Shown one piece after another: positions 1 to 11,751 of a stretch of DNA of 64,000 bases. The notes under the pieces are model-generated. The model did not search any database, was not told the DNA's origin, and saw nothing but the letters and a program-made list of their open reading frames with translations. Each line of letters opens with the position of its first letter. Position 1 is the first letter of the stretch. The stretch comes from Candidatus Eiseniibacteriota bacterium (GTDB lineage Bacteria > Eisenbacteria > RBG-16-71-46), in NCBI GenBank assembly GCA_963744995.1, contig CAVUWA010000002.1, forward strand, positions 1,152,001-1,216,000, in the 5' to 3' direction. The translations under genes and the position numbers were made by a program.

Positions 1-207
1 GATCATGCGTACCAGCGCATCGTCGTTGGGGAGAATGCAGTGATAGAAGCGCTCCAGGTGTCCACCCCGATAGGGAAACGTCGTGCCGAGTCCGCCGAGG
101 AAGTCTTCGCCCTCGAACAGCGTGACCTGGTGGCCACGCTCGGCGAGGTGGAACGCGCTGGCGAGCCCGGAGATGCCGCCACCGATGACCGCCGCGTGCC
201 TGGACAT
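1..207 (-). CDS. FAD/NAD(P)-dependent oxidoreductase (protoporphyrinogen/amine oxidase-like), N-terminal part, runs off the window
   Basis: Hand translation from ATG at 207: MSRHAAVIGGGISGLASAFHLAERGHQVTLFEGEDFLGGLGTTF...ERFYHCI; GxGxxG Rossmann motif plus downstream GG motif; not in ORF track. Confidence 0.85.
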   Translation of the reverse strand, partial: MSRHAAVIGGGISGLASAFHLAERGHQVTLFEGEDFLGGLGTTFPYRGGHLERFYHCILPNDDALVRMI

Positions 208-538
208 GGAATTCCCCCGGGAGACTGGAACGGAAGGCCGAAGTGCCTGCGCCCCACGGTTATCGGCCCCCGGCCGGCGATCCTCCAGCCGACCGTGGCG
301 GTGCCGGTGGCGGGGCGCGGAGGCGAGTCGCGGCGAACAGTACGGGCCGATCGGGAGCGCCGCAAACCACCGCGGGATCCGGCGCGGACGCGGGCGCGGC
401 GCCGCGCCCCTTCGTGACAGACCCGGGCGCAACTCCTAGACTGGTCCGCACGGCGCGTCGCGCGCCGAATCACGGCACGGAGGCCGCTCCTCGGCGCCGC
501 GCCGGCACACCCACGCCAACAGGGATCGCGCCGCCGCC

Positions 539-1468
539 TTGAATCCCCCGCCCGAACAGACGCCCGCCGTCCGCCGCGTGCCCGCCACGGTCAGCGTGGA
601 CGTGGATCCGGTGGATCTGCATCTGCTCGGCTACGGGTACCGCCACCTGCCGCCCGATGTTCTGGTGTATCAGAAGGCGATCCCGCGGCTGCTCGGCATC
701 ATGCAGCGCACCGGCATCCGCGCGACCTTCTTCATCGTGGGCCGCGACGTCCACGCCAACGCGGGCGCGGTCGAGGCGATCGCGGCCGCGGGCCACGAGA
801 TCGCCAGCCACTCCCAGACCCACCCGATGGCGTTCGGGCGGCTGTCCGACGAACGCATGAGGGCCGAGCTGATGGACTCGAAGGTGGCGCTCGAAGCGGC
901 CACGGCGGCGCAGGTGATCGGATTCCGTGCGCCGAACTTCGACGTGAGCCAGCGCCTCGTGCATGCGCTCGCCGCATGCGGCTACCGCTACGACGCGTCG
1001 GGCTACCCGACCCCGCTGCTGCTCCCGGTGCGCGCCCTGCTGGCGTTCAAGTCGCGCGATCCGCGCGCGGTGTTCACCCTGCGCGCCTGGCCGTTCACGC
1101 TCGAGCGGCTGCCGTTCGACTGGCGTCAGGGCGGGCAGTCGGTGCGCGAGTATCCGACCACCGTGACGCCGTTCCTGCGGCTGCCGTTCTACCACACGAT
1201 GCGCTACTACCTGCCGCTGTGGCGCTTCAAGGCGCGGCTCCGCTGGTTCGCCGAGCACGGCGAGGCGCTGTCGTATCCGCTGCACGCGGTGGATGCCCTC
1301 GGCAGCGCCGAGGACGGCGTCGACCCGCGGCTCGGCAAGCATCCGGGAATGAACTGGCCGCTCGAGCGTAAGTTGACCATGCTGGAGGAGACGCTCGAGG
1401 CGATCGCCGCGCGCTTCGAGCCCATTCCGTTCAGGGAACGCCTCGCGCGCGACACCGCGCGGACCTGA
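539..1468 (+). CDS. Polysaccharide deacetylase family protein
   Basis: SVDVD, ATFF, HEIASHSQTH, GFRAP and YDAS motifs of the NodB/CE4 family; exact start uncertain. Confidence 0.85.
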   Translation: MNPPPEQTPAVRRVPATVSVDVDPVDLHLLGYGYRHLPPDVLVYQKAIPRLLGIMQRTGIRATFFIVGRDVHANAGAVEAIAAAGHEIASHSQTHPMAFGRLSDERMRAELMDSKVALEAATAAQVIGFRAPNFDVSQRLVHALAACGYRYDASGYPTPLLLPVRALLAFKSRDPRAVFTLRAWPFTLERLPFDWRQGGQSVREYPTTVTPFLRLPFYHTMRYYLPLWRFKARLRWFAEHGEALSYPLHAVDALGSAEDGVDPRLGKHPGMNWPLERKLTMLEETLEAIAARFEPIPFRERLARDTART

Positions 1469-1486
1469 GTTCGAAAGGAGTCGGCC

Positions 1487-2830
1487 ATGCCCGTCCCACG
1501 CCGTTTCACCATGCTCGCCGCGGTCGCGCTCACGGCCTGCGCAGCCGCCGCCGCCCACGCCGGGCCGAGCGTCACGATCTACTCCGGAAACCTCGCGTAC
1601 GTGCGCGAAACACGCGGCTTCGATCTGGCCGGCGGCCGCGACACGCTGCAGCTCGCGGGCCTGCCCGAGGGCGTCGACGTGAGTTCGATCCGCTTCGAGC
1701 CGGGAAACGGCCTCGCCGTCGCCGGGCTCGCCTGGAACGGCGATCTCGCGAGCGGCGAACGCATGCTCGAGCAGGCGCTCGGCCGGCGCATCTCGGTCGG
1801 GCTGGAGAACGACCACTGGCGCCAGGGCACGCTGCTCGCCGTCGACGGTGCGTGGCTGCTGCTCGGGACGGACGACGGAACCATGAACATCGCGCGCAGC
1901 GAGGTGCACGAGATCGGCTTCCTCGAAGCGCCTGCGCCGGGTCCGGCGCGGCCGCTGCTGGAGGTGGCGCTGGAGGGTGCGAAGCGGGGCCGCGGGACGG
2001 GCGAGTTGTCGTATCTCACCGGCGGTTTTTCGTGGGGCGCCGTCCATACGCTGATCCGCCGCGGCGCCACCGGCGGCGAGTGGAGCGCCGCCGTCACGGT
2101 GTCGAACCAGACCGACGTCGCGTTCACGGACGCGACGCTCAAACTGGTGGCCGGCACGCCGTCGCGCGTCAACGCGCCCGGTCCGCGGCCCTACATGGCG
2201 AAGATGTCGGGCGAAATGATGGCCGCCTCGGCAGCCCCGGACCTCGTGGAGCAGTCGTTCTCCGAATACCACCTCTACTCGCTGCCGCGCCCGGCGACGC
2301 TGCGCGCGCACGGCACGCAGCAGCTGACCATGATCGAGCCGCGCGACGTCCGGCTCACCCCGCGCTACGTGACCAGCGGCGGCGGACCGGTGATGGCGAA
2401 GCTCGAGCTCGTGAACTCGAAGGCGGGAGGACCCGGCGTGCCGCTCGCGGGCGGGATCGTACGGATCTTCGAGCCCGATCCCTCGGGCGCGCTGCAGTTC
2501 ACCGGCGAAGCCCGGATCGGCCACACGCCCGTGGACGAAAAGCTGATGCTCGACGTCGGTCAAGCGTTCGACCTCGTGGCCGAACGGCGTGAGCTTGCGC
2601 AGCGGCGCATCTCCGACCGCGAGCGCGAGTACGACGTGGAGCTGAAGCTGCGCAACCGCCGCAAGGAGGGCGTGACCATCCGCGCAGACGAGCCGATGCG
2701 GGGCGACTACGACATCCTGAAGAAGTCGCAACCGTTCCAGGTCGTGGACGCACGCACGATCCGCTTCGAGGTCCAGGTCCCGGCGGGGAAGGAAGTCACG
2801 GTCACGTACACGGCGCGGATTCGAAGCTAG
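1487..2830 (+). CDS. Secreted DUF4139-type protein
   Basis: Signal peptide; SVTIY...YVRETR, YLTGGFSW, EYHLYSLP, LDVGQAFD pattern; AAGGAG RBS. Confidence 0.8.
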   Translation: MPVPRRFTMLAAVALTACAAAAAHAGPSVTIYSGNLAYVRETRGFDLAGGRDTLQLAGLPEGVDVSSIRFEPGNGLAVAGLAWNGDLASGERMLEQALGRRISVGLENDHWRQGTLLAVDGAWLLLGTDDGTMNIARSEVHEIGFLEAPAPGPARPLLEVALEGAKRGRGTGELSYLTGGFSWGAVHTLIRRGATGGEWSAAVTVSNQTDVAFTDATLKLVAGTPSRVNAPGPRPYMAKMSGEMMAASAAPDLVEQSFSEYHLYSLPRPATLRAHGTQQLTMIEPRDVRLTPRYVTSGGGPVMAKLELVNSKAGGPGVPLAGGIVRIFEPDPSGALQFTGEARIGHTPVDEKLMLDVGQAFDLVAERRELAQRRISDREREYDVELKLRNRRKEGVTIRADEPMRGDYDILKKSQPFQVVDARTIRFEVQVPAGKEVTVTYTARIRS

Positions 2831-2857
2831 GCGCGCCACCGCGGCGCGCCGGCCGGC

Positions 2858-2895
2858 CGGGAAGGGGACCGCCCCTGCGGGCGGTCCCCTTCCCG
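2858..2895. terminator. Perfect 17-bp stem-loop, probable terminator or mRNA-stabilising hairpin
   Basis: cgggaaggggaccgccc-ctgc-gggcggtccccttcccg just after the stop codon; no U-tract. Confidence 0.55.
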
Positions 2896-3001
2896 TGGCG
2901 CCGCCCGCGGGCATGGCCCGCCGCCCGGCTCAAGCACCGCCTCCGCTGTGTCGATAACAGGGCGGGGTCGATCCCGGCCCCACGGGACCACGGAGGACCC
3001 C

Positions 3002-3730
3002 ATGAAGGCCGCACGGATGCTGTCGCTCGCGCTGCTCGCGCTCGTGAGTTTCACCCCCTCCACCGCACACGCCTGGCTGGACCCGTACGTCCGCGTGGGA
3101 TTCGGTGGCCACCAGGCGAAGATGGAAGACGCCAACGCCGCCATCAAGAGCTCCATCGAGTGGGCGCAGGCCGGCGGCCTTCCGGTCTCCCCCAAGTCCG
3201 TGGGCCCGGGCTACGGCCCGGCCGTCTCGGCCGGCCTGTGGCTGGTCCCCGGCCTGCGCGTCGGCGCGACGTACGCAACCCAGCGGTCGACGGCCCCGCA
3301 CGAGTACCGCCAGCCCGGCTACCTGTACGCCGACGACTTCCAGTTCGACCTGGAGGAGTACGGTCTCGAAGCCGCGGTCCGGGTTCCGCGGCTCGCCGGA
3401 TTCAGCTTCGGTGGCCACATGGCGGAGGGAAAGGCGCAGATGACCGAGCACTTCGCGCTCGAGAACGTGCACGGCAACTACTACGAGGACATCCGCGCGG
3501 AGCGGAAGCGCAGGACCTACGCCGTGTTCTTCGGTTTCGACCAGACCACCGAAAGGGGGCTGGCCGGCTTCCTGCAGGTCGGCTACCACTGGCGCGACAT
3601 GGGTTCGCTCCCCGGCTACGACGTGATCGACGACAACGGCACGATCACGCGCATCCCCGGCGAGACGGTGCCGATGGACTACAGCGGCTGGTCCGTGCGC
3701 CTGGGGGCGGGCTACGACCTGAGGTGGTGA
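3002..3730 (+). CDS. Outer-membrane beta-barrel protein
   Basis: GGAGG RBS, signal peptide ending AHA, amphipathic strands, C-terminus VRLGAGYDLRW. Confidence 0.7.
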   Translation: MKAARMLSLALLALVSFTPSTAHAWLDPYVRVGFGGHQAKMEDANAAIKSSIEWAQAGGLPVSPKSVGPGYGPAVSAGLWLVPGLRVGATYATQRSTAPHEYRQPGYLYADDFQFDLEEYGLEAAVRVPRLAGFSFGGHMAEGKAQMTEHFALENVHGNYYEDIRAERKRRTYAVFFGFDQTTERGLAGFLQVGYHWRDMGSLPGYDVIDDNGTITRIPGETVPMDYSGWSVRLGAGYDLRW

Positions 3731-3876
3731 GCCGGGCAGACCCCGACGGCCGTTCCGCCGGGGCCCCGATGCTACGAGTGGCCACCTTGCCCGCATTCCC
3801 GCAAGGCGGATGATGGAACGGCCGGTAGCGCGCGTGCGCCTCGCCGCCGCTCCCGTGCGAAAGGCGGTGCGCGGCC

Positions 3877-6174
3877 ATGCCCGACGTTCTTCGGAGTGAA
3901 GCCCTCGATTATCACCGCGGGGCCCGACCGGGAAAGATCCAGGTCGTTTCCACCAAACCCTGCGCGACGCAGCGGGATCTCTCGCTCGCCTACACGCCCG
4001 GCGTCGCCGAGCCCTGTCTGGCGATCGAGAGAGATCCCGACCTCGCTTACGAATACACCGCCAAGGGCAACCTCGTGGCGGTCGTCACCAACGGGACCGC
4101 CGTGCTCGGACTCGGCGCGATCGGGCCGCTCGCCGGCAAGCCGGTGATGGAAGGGAAGGGCGTCCTGTTCAAGCGCTTCGCCGACGTGGATGTCTTCGAC
4201 ATCGAGATTGCGTCGCAGGATCCGGACGAAATCGTCCGCGTCTGCCAGCTGCTCGAGCCGACCTTCGGCGGCATCAACCTCGAGGACATCAAGGCGCCCG
4301 AGTGCTTCGAAATCGAGCAGCGGCTGCAATCGCTGGTCTCGATCCCGGTCTTCCACGACGATCAGCACGGCACCGCGATCATCACCAGCGCCGCGCTGCT
4401 CAATGCGCTCGAGATCACCAGGCGCAGGATCGAAGAGATCCGCATCGTGATCCTCGGCGCCGGTGCCTCGGCCATCGCCTCGGCGCGGCTCTTCACCCGG
4501 CTCGGCGTCCGTCGCGGGCAGATCGTGATGTGCGACCGGCGGGGTGTGATTCACACCGGCCGCACGGACGGCATGAACCCGTACAAGGCCGAGTTCGCCG
4601 CCGAGACCCGGGCGCGCACGCTGGCCGAGGCGCTGCGCGGCGCCGATGTGCTCCTGGGGCTCTCGTCGGCGGGGCTCGTGACCCGGGACATGGTGCGCGC
4701 CATGGCGAAACGGCCGATCCTCTTCGCGTGCGCCAACCCGGATCCGGAAATCACCTACCCCGAGGCCAGGGCGGCGCGTTCCGACCTGCTCATGGCGACC
4801 GGACGCTCCGACTATCCGAACCAGGTCAACAACGTCCTCGGCTTTCCGTTCCTGTTCCGCGGGGCGCTGGATGCGCGCGCCATGCGCTTCAACGACGAAA
4901 TGAAGCTCGCGGCCGTGCACGCGCTGGCGGACCTGGCCAAGGAAGGCGTGCCGGACTCGGTGGCGCGCGCCTACGGCGTCGAGAACCTCCACTTCGGCCC
5001 CGAGTACCTGATCCCGAAGCCGTTCGATCCGCGGGTGCTGCTGTGGGTGTCCCCGGCGGTTGCGAAAGCGGCCATGGAGACCGGGGTCGCCCGCCGCTCC
5101 CTCGACCTCGACGTCTATCGGGAGCGGCTGGAGGCGCGGCTCGGCAAGTCGCGCGAGGTCTCGAGGGCGATCATCCACCGCGCGCAGCGTGATCCGCGCC
5201 GCATCGTCTTCCCGGAGGGGGAACATCCGCGCATCATGCGCGTCGCCGCGCATCTGGTCGCCGAGGGTGTGGCGCGCCCGCTGCTGCTCGGCAAGGCGGA
5301 GCGCATCCGCGCCGCCGCGCGTCGCATGGAGCTTCCGCTCGAAGGCGTGGAGGTGATCCATCCGCGGCAGCACCCGCACCGGGCGGCCTACGTCGACGAG
5401 CTCTACCGGCTGCGGCAGCGCAAGGGAATCACCCGTGCGGACGCCGATACGCTCATGCGCGATCCGAACTACTTCGGGACGATGATGGTGCATCGCGGCG
5501 ACGCCGACGGACTGGTCTCGGGCGTCACGCAGCACTACCCGGACACGATCCGCCCGGCGCTCCAGATCATCGGTCTCAGGCCGGGGCTCACTCGCGTCTG
5601 CGGCGTCTATTGCGTGATCGCGAAAGGGAAGTGCTGGTTCTTCGCGGATACGACCGTGAACATCCAGCCCAATGCCGACGAGCTCGCGGAGATCGCGATC
5701 CTGGCTGCGGGGATCGCCCGCGAGTTCGGCTTCGAGCCGAGCGTGGCCATGCTGTCGTTCTCCAGCTTCGGCTCGGCCAAGCACCCCCTGGTCGACATCG
5801 TTCGGCGCGCCACCGAAAACGTGCGCCGGCGCGCCCCGGACCTGCGCGTGGACGGGGAGATGCAGCTCGAGCCCGCCGTCGACCCCGAGGCGGCGCGGGA
5901 ACACTTCCCGTTCAGCCGGATCCAGGGGGACGCGAACGTGCTCGTGTTTCCCGACCTCCACTCGGGCAACCTGGCGTTCAAGCTGATGCAGCGGCTCGGC
6001 GGCGCGGAAACCATCGGTCCGATCCTCGCCGGGCTGTCGAAGCCGATCCACATCGTGGCCCCCACCTCGGACGACAACGAGATCATCCACATCGCCTCGA
6101 TCGCGGCGGTGGAAGCGCAGGAGCGGGCCACGCAGGGCACGCCGGGAGCGGAGGCGTCGCACGGGACCCTGTGA
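3877..6174 (+). CDS. maeB: NADP-dependent malic enzyme fused to a phosphotransacetylase-like domain
   Basis: [43 protein letters not shown]-terminal PTA-like domain (DGEMQ). Confidence 0.95.
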   Translation: MPDVLRSEALDYHRGARPGKIQVVSTKPCATQRDLSLAYTPGVAEPCLAIERDPDLAYEYTAKGNLVAVVTNGTAVLGLGAIGPLAGKPVMEGKGVLFKRFADVDVFDIEIASQDPDEIVRVCQLLEPTFGGINLEDIKAPECFEIEQRLQSLVSIPVFHDDQHGTAIITSAALLNALEITRRRIEEIRIVILGAGASAIASARLFTRLGVRRGQIVMCDRRGVIHTGRTDGMNPYKAEFAAETRARTLAEALRGADVLLGLSSAGLVTRDMVRAMAKRPILFACANPDPEITYPEARAARSDLLMATGRSDYPNQVNNVLGFPFLFRGALDARAMRFNDEMKLAAVHALADLAKEGVPDSVARAYGVENLHFGPEYLIPKPFDPRVLLWVSPAVAKAAMETGVARRSLDLDVYRERLEARLGKSREVSRAIIHRAQRDPRRIVFPEGEHPRIMRVAAHLVAEGVARPLLLGKAERIRAAARRMELPLEGVEVIHPRQHPHRAAYVDELYRLRQRKGITRADADTLMRDPNYFGTMMVHRGDADGLVSGVTQHYPDTIRPALQIIGLRPGLTRVCGVYCVIAKGKCWFFADTTVNIQPNADELAEIAILAAGIAREFGFEPSVAMLSFSSFGSAKHPLVDIVRRATENVRRRAPDLRVDGEMQLEPAVDPEAAREHFPFSRIQGDANVLVFPDLHSGNLAFKLMQRLGGAETIGPILAGLSKPIHIVAPTSDDNEIIHIASIAAVEAQERATQGTPGAEASHGTL

Positions 6175-6271
6175 GGCGGCGGGGCGGCGAACTGCCGCTG
6201 CACCCGGGTTCCGCCGGCCGCCCGCCGCCCGCTTCGCCCTCTCCGCCCGGCTCGGGTAGCATGCGGGATCC

Positions 6272-8371
<2,100 letters not shown>

Positions 8372-8410
8372 GCGGGCGCACGCCCGTCACGCTCCGGAGG
8401 ACCTGAACCC

Positions 8411-9304
8411 ATGCTCGAAGCCGTCGCGCTGCCGCTGATCAAGTACGCGCTGTCCGAGGACATCGGAACCGGCGACATCACCACGCTCAACGCGGTGCCG
8501 TCGGGCGTGAACGCGCGTGCGGCGATCGTGGCGAAGGCGAAGGGGGTGGCGGCCGGCATCGAGGTCGGCAAGCTCGCATTCCAGGAAGCCGACCCGAAGC
8601 TGCGTTTCCGGCCTCTCACGCAGGACGGCGCCCTCCTCGAGCCCGGGGTCGCGCTGGCGCAGATCGTCGGCGACGTCGGCAGCCTGCTCAAGGCCGAGCG
8701 CACCGCGCTCAACTTCATGCAGCGCATGTCCGGGATCGCCACGCTCACCCGCCGCTACGTGGACGCGATCGAAGGGACCGGCGCGCGGATCCTCGACACG
8801 CGCAAGACGACGCCGGGGTTGCGCTACCTCGAGAAGTACGCGGTGCAGATGGGCGGCGGTCACAACCACCGGCTCGCGCTCTGGGACATGTACCTCGTGA
8901 AGGACAACCACATCCGCGCGGCGGGCGGCGTCACGCGGGCGCTGGACCGCATCCTGCGGACGCGACAGGGCGATCTGCTGCTCGAGGTCGAGGTCGAATC
9001 GCTCGAGCAGCTCAAGGAGGCGCTGCGCCCCGAGGTCGACCGGATCCTGATCGACAATCGGACGCCCGGCGACGTGAAGACGGTCGTCGAAGAGGTGGAT
9101 CGCTGGTGCGCCGCCCATCCGTCGGAGAGCCCGCGCCGCGATCCCCGCGCGCGCCGCTGGCCGGAGCTCGAGGTCTCGGGCGGCATCACGCTCGATACCG
9201 TGCGGGCCTACGCCGAGACCGGCGTGGACTACCTGTCGGTCGGGGCGCTCACGCATTCGGCGCCGGCGCTCGATCTCAGCCTCGAGATCGAGGAGGTGGG
9301 CTGA
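8411..9304 (+). CDS. nadC: Quinolinate phosphoribosyltransferase
   Basis: EDIGTGDITT, ERTALN, DTRKTTPG, KDNH, EVSGGI, SVGALTHS. Confidence 0.95.
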   Translation: MLEAVALPLIKYALSEDIGTGDITTLNAVPSGVNARAAIVAKAKGVAAGIEVGKLAFQEADPKLRFRPLTQDGALLEPGVALAQIVGDVGSLLKAERTALNFMQRMSGIATLTRRYVDAIEGTGARILDTRKTTPGLRYLEKYAVQMGGGHNHRLALWDMYLVKDNHIRAAGGVTRALDRILRTRQGDLLLEVEVESLEQLKEALRPEVDRILIDNRTPGDVKTVVEEVDRWCAAHPSESPRRDPRARRWPELEVSGGITLDTVRAYAETGVDYLSVGALTHSAPALDLSLEIEEVG

Positions 9305-10095
9305 TGGACGGCGCGCCGACGTTCGACCGGGGACGCTTCGCGGCGCAGCTCGGCACGCGATGGCTGGGTCACGAGCTCCTCGCGCGGCGCTCCGTCGAGT
9401 CCACCAACGACGTCGCCTGGGATGCGCTCGCCGCCGGTGCCGGCGCCGGCCTGGTGGTCGTCGCCGACGAGCAGACCCGCGGCCGCGGCCGCGACGGCCG
9501 CGCGTGGGAGACGCCCGCCGGGCTCGGGCTCGCGATGTCCGTGCTGCTCGAACCCGGCTGCGAGCGCGCGACGCTCACCGTGCTGCCGCTGGCGGCGGGC
9601 CTCGCGCTCGCCCGCGCGCTGGCGGACGCCGGCGCCGGAGGGCAGCTCAAGTGGCCGAACGACGTGCTCCTGAACGGCCGCAAGGTGGCGGGCATCCTGT
9701 GCGAGAGCCGCCGGCGGCCCGACGGTGGCGACGCGATCGTGGTCGGGATCGGCGTCAACGTGCTGCAGTCCGCAACCGACTTCGCGCCGGCGATCCGCGG
9801 GGTCGCGACCTCGCTCGCGATCGAGGGGGTGGCCGTCGATCGCGAGACCCTCGCCGCGCGGATCCTCGGCCATCTGGAGCCGCTCTGGACCGAACTCGAC
9901 GCCGGCGGTCCCGCCGGCATCGTCGCCGCCTGGCGCGAGCGCGCCACGTTCTGGGGGCGCGTGCTCACCGTGCGCACGCCGGCGGGCGAGGTGTCCGGCA
10001 CGGCGCGCACGCTCGCCGATGACGGTGCGCTGGTGCTGACCGGACCCGACGGCGGCGACCGCCGTGTCGTCGCAGGAGACGTCGCTCAACCGTGA
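9304..10095 (+). CDS. birA: Biotin-[acetyl-CoA carboxylase] ligase, no HTH
   Basis: STN, EQTRGRGR, KWPND, KVAGIL, GIGVN; ATG overlaps the nadC stop. Confidence 0.92.
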   Translation: MDGAPTFDRGRFAAQLGTRWLGHELLARRSVESTNDVAWDALAAGAGAGLVVVADEQTRGRGRDGRAWETPAGLGLAMSVLLEPGCERATLTVLPLAAGLALARALADAGAGGQLKWPNDVLLNGRKVAGILCESRRRPDGGDAIVVGIGVNVLQSATDFAPAIRGVATSLAIEGVAVDRETLAARILGHLEPLWTELDAGGPAGIVAAWRERATFWGRVLTVRTPAGEVSGTARTLADDGALVLTGPDGGDRRVVAGDVAQP

Positions 10096-10913
10096 CCGAA
10101 ACGCCCCTCACCCCGCACCGGGATCCCGGCGCGCCGCGGCGCGCGCCCGACCCCGATGATCCGCGCCAGAGCGGCGAGATGCCGTTCCTGCAGCACCTGG
10201 AAGAATTGCGCCGCGTGCTGTTCCATGCCGCGCTCGGCTGCGTCGTCGGCGCCGCCGGCGGCTGGTGGCTGTCGCCGTTCGTGCTCGAGAACCTGATCCA
10301 TCGCACGGTCGGCACTGCGATCGTGCTGTCGCCGATGGAGGCGTTCAACGAGCGCATCAAGCTCACGCTGGTGCTCGGGTTGTGCATCTCGGCGCCGTAC
10401 GTGTTCTTCCGCCTCTGGAGTTTCATCGTGCCCGGGCTGTTCAAGCGCGAGCGGACGTGGGTGCTGCCGATGGCGCTGGGCTCGATGCTGCTGTTCGTCG
10501 CCGGGGTCGCGGCCGCCTACTTCTACATCGTGCCGCTGGTGGTGCACGTGCTGACCGGCTTCATGACGCCGAGCATGAGCGCGCAGATCCGTGTCGAGGC
10601 GCTGCTGAGCATGCTGTACGCCATGGCGCTGGCCTGCGGCGTGGTGTGCCAGCTGCCGCTGGTGCTGATGATCCTCACCGCCGTCGGCCTCGTCACCCCG
10701 CAGGCCCTGCTCAGGCAATGGCGCTACGCCCTGGTCGGTTCGTTCTTCATCACCGCGGTGATCACCCCCGGCGACGTGGTGACGGCCCAGGTGGTGCTGG
10801 CGCTGCCGATGACCATGCTCTACTTCCTGAGCGTCGGTCTGTCGTGGTTCGTCTGGCGCCGCCAGCGGCGCGAGCGCCTCGCCGCGGAAGCCGCGGAGGA
10901 CGAGGATGCCTGA
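10092..10913 (+). CDS. tatC: Twin-arginine translocase subunit TatC
   Basis: MPFLQHLEELR, WSFIVPGL, ITPGD, multiple TM segments. Confidence 0.92.
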   Translation: MTETPLTPHRDPGAPRRAPDPDDPRQSGEMPFLQHLEELRRVLFHAALGCVVGAAGGWWLSPFVLENLIHRTVGTAIVLSPMEAFNERIKLTLVLGLCISAPYVFFRLWSFIVPGLFKRERTWVLPMALGSMLLFVAGVAAAYFYIVPLVVHVLTGFMTPSMSAQIRVEALLSMLYAMALACGVVCQLPLVLMILTAVGLVTPQALLRQWRYALVGSFFITAVITPGDVVTAQVVLALPMTMLYFLSVGLSWFVWRRQRRERLAAEAAEDEDA

Positions 10914-11751
10914 CGCCCCGCTGCGCTGGCGCTGGTCACCGCCCGCGCGCAGCCGCCGTGCGGCGCCGGGCCGGAAACGAGGGCCGCGCCCGGCGGTGCT
11001 GGTGGTGGACATCGGCAACAGCCGGGTGAGCGTGGCCGTGGTCCATGACGACCGCGTGCGCGGGGTGCGGCATCTGCCGGCGCGGCGCGCCACGCGGGCG
11101 ACGCTGACCGGGATGCTGCGCGAGGCGCTGGAGTCGGCCGGCCGCGGACCCGGGCCGCAGGGCGCCGTGCTGTCGTCGGTGGTGTCCGGGCTCACCACGC
11201 CGTGGCTGCGCGCGCTCGAGCGGACGGCCGGGTTCCGCCCGATGGTCGCAGGCGCCGACGTGTTGCGCGACATGCCGGTCCGCTACCGCGACCCGCGCGA
11301 GATCGGGCCGGACCGCCTGGCCAACGCGCTCGCGGTGCGCGCGCTGTACGGCACGCCGGCGATCGTGGTGGACTTCGGCACCGCGACCAACTTCGATTGC
11401 GTCTCGCGGGACGGCGAATTCCTCGGCGGGGCGATCGCGCCGGGGGTCGTGACCGCGGCGGACGCGCTCTATGCCCGTGCCCCGCGGCTCGCCCGCGTGA
11501 CGCTCAGGCCGCAGCGTCGTACGCTCGGCCACTCGACCGCGGAGGCGCTGCGCGCCGGCATCGTCCACGGCGCCGCGGCGCTGGTGGACGGGCTCGTGCG
11601 GCGCCTCGCGGACGACATGAATGCGAGACCGCACGTCATTGCCACGGGCGGACTTGCAGATCCAATCGTGAGGGACTGCCAGACCGTGCATCAGCTCGAC
11701 GCGCACCTCACGCTCAAGGGGCTGGCACGCATGTGGGAGGGCTCATCGTGA
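10906..11751 (+). CDS. coaX: Type III pantothenate kinase
   Basis: DIGNS, GPDR, VDFGTAT, GGAIAPG, ATGG; start may lie further downstream. Confidence 0.92.
   Translation: MPDAPLRWRWSPPARSRRAAPGRKRGPRPAVLVVDIGNSRVSVAVVHDDRVRGVRHLPARRATRATLTGMLREALESAGRGPGPQGAVLSSVVSGLTTPWLRALERTAGFRPMVAGADVLRDMPVRYRDPREIGPDRLANALAVRALYGTPAIVVDFGTATNFDCVSRDGEFLGGAIAPGVVTAADALYARAPRLARVTLRPQRRTLGHSTAEALRAGIVHGAAALVDGLVRRLADDMNARPHVIATGGLADPIVRDCQTVHQLDAHLTLKGLARMWEGSS

Noticed and set aside
474..490. GG-N10-GC upstream of the deacetylase
   Set aside because: -12 element is CCGC rather than TTGC; likely chance in GC-rich DNA
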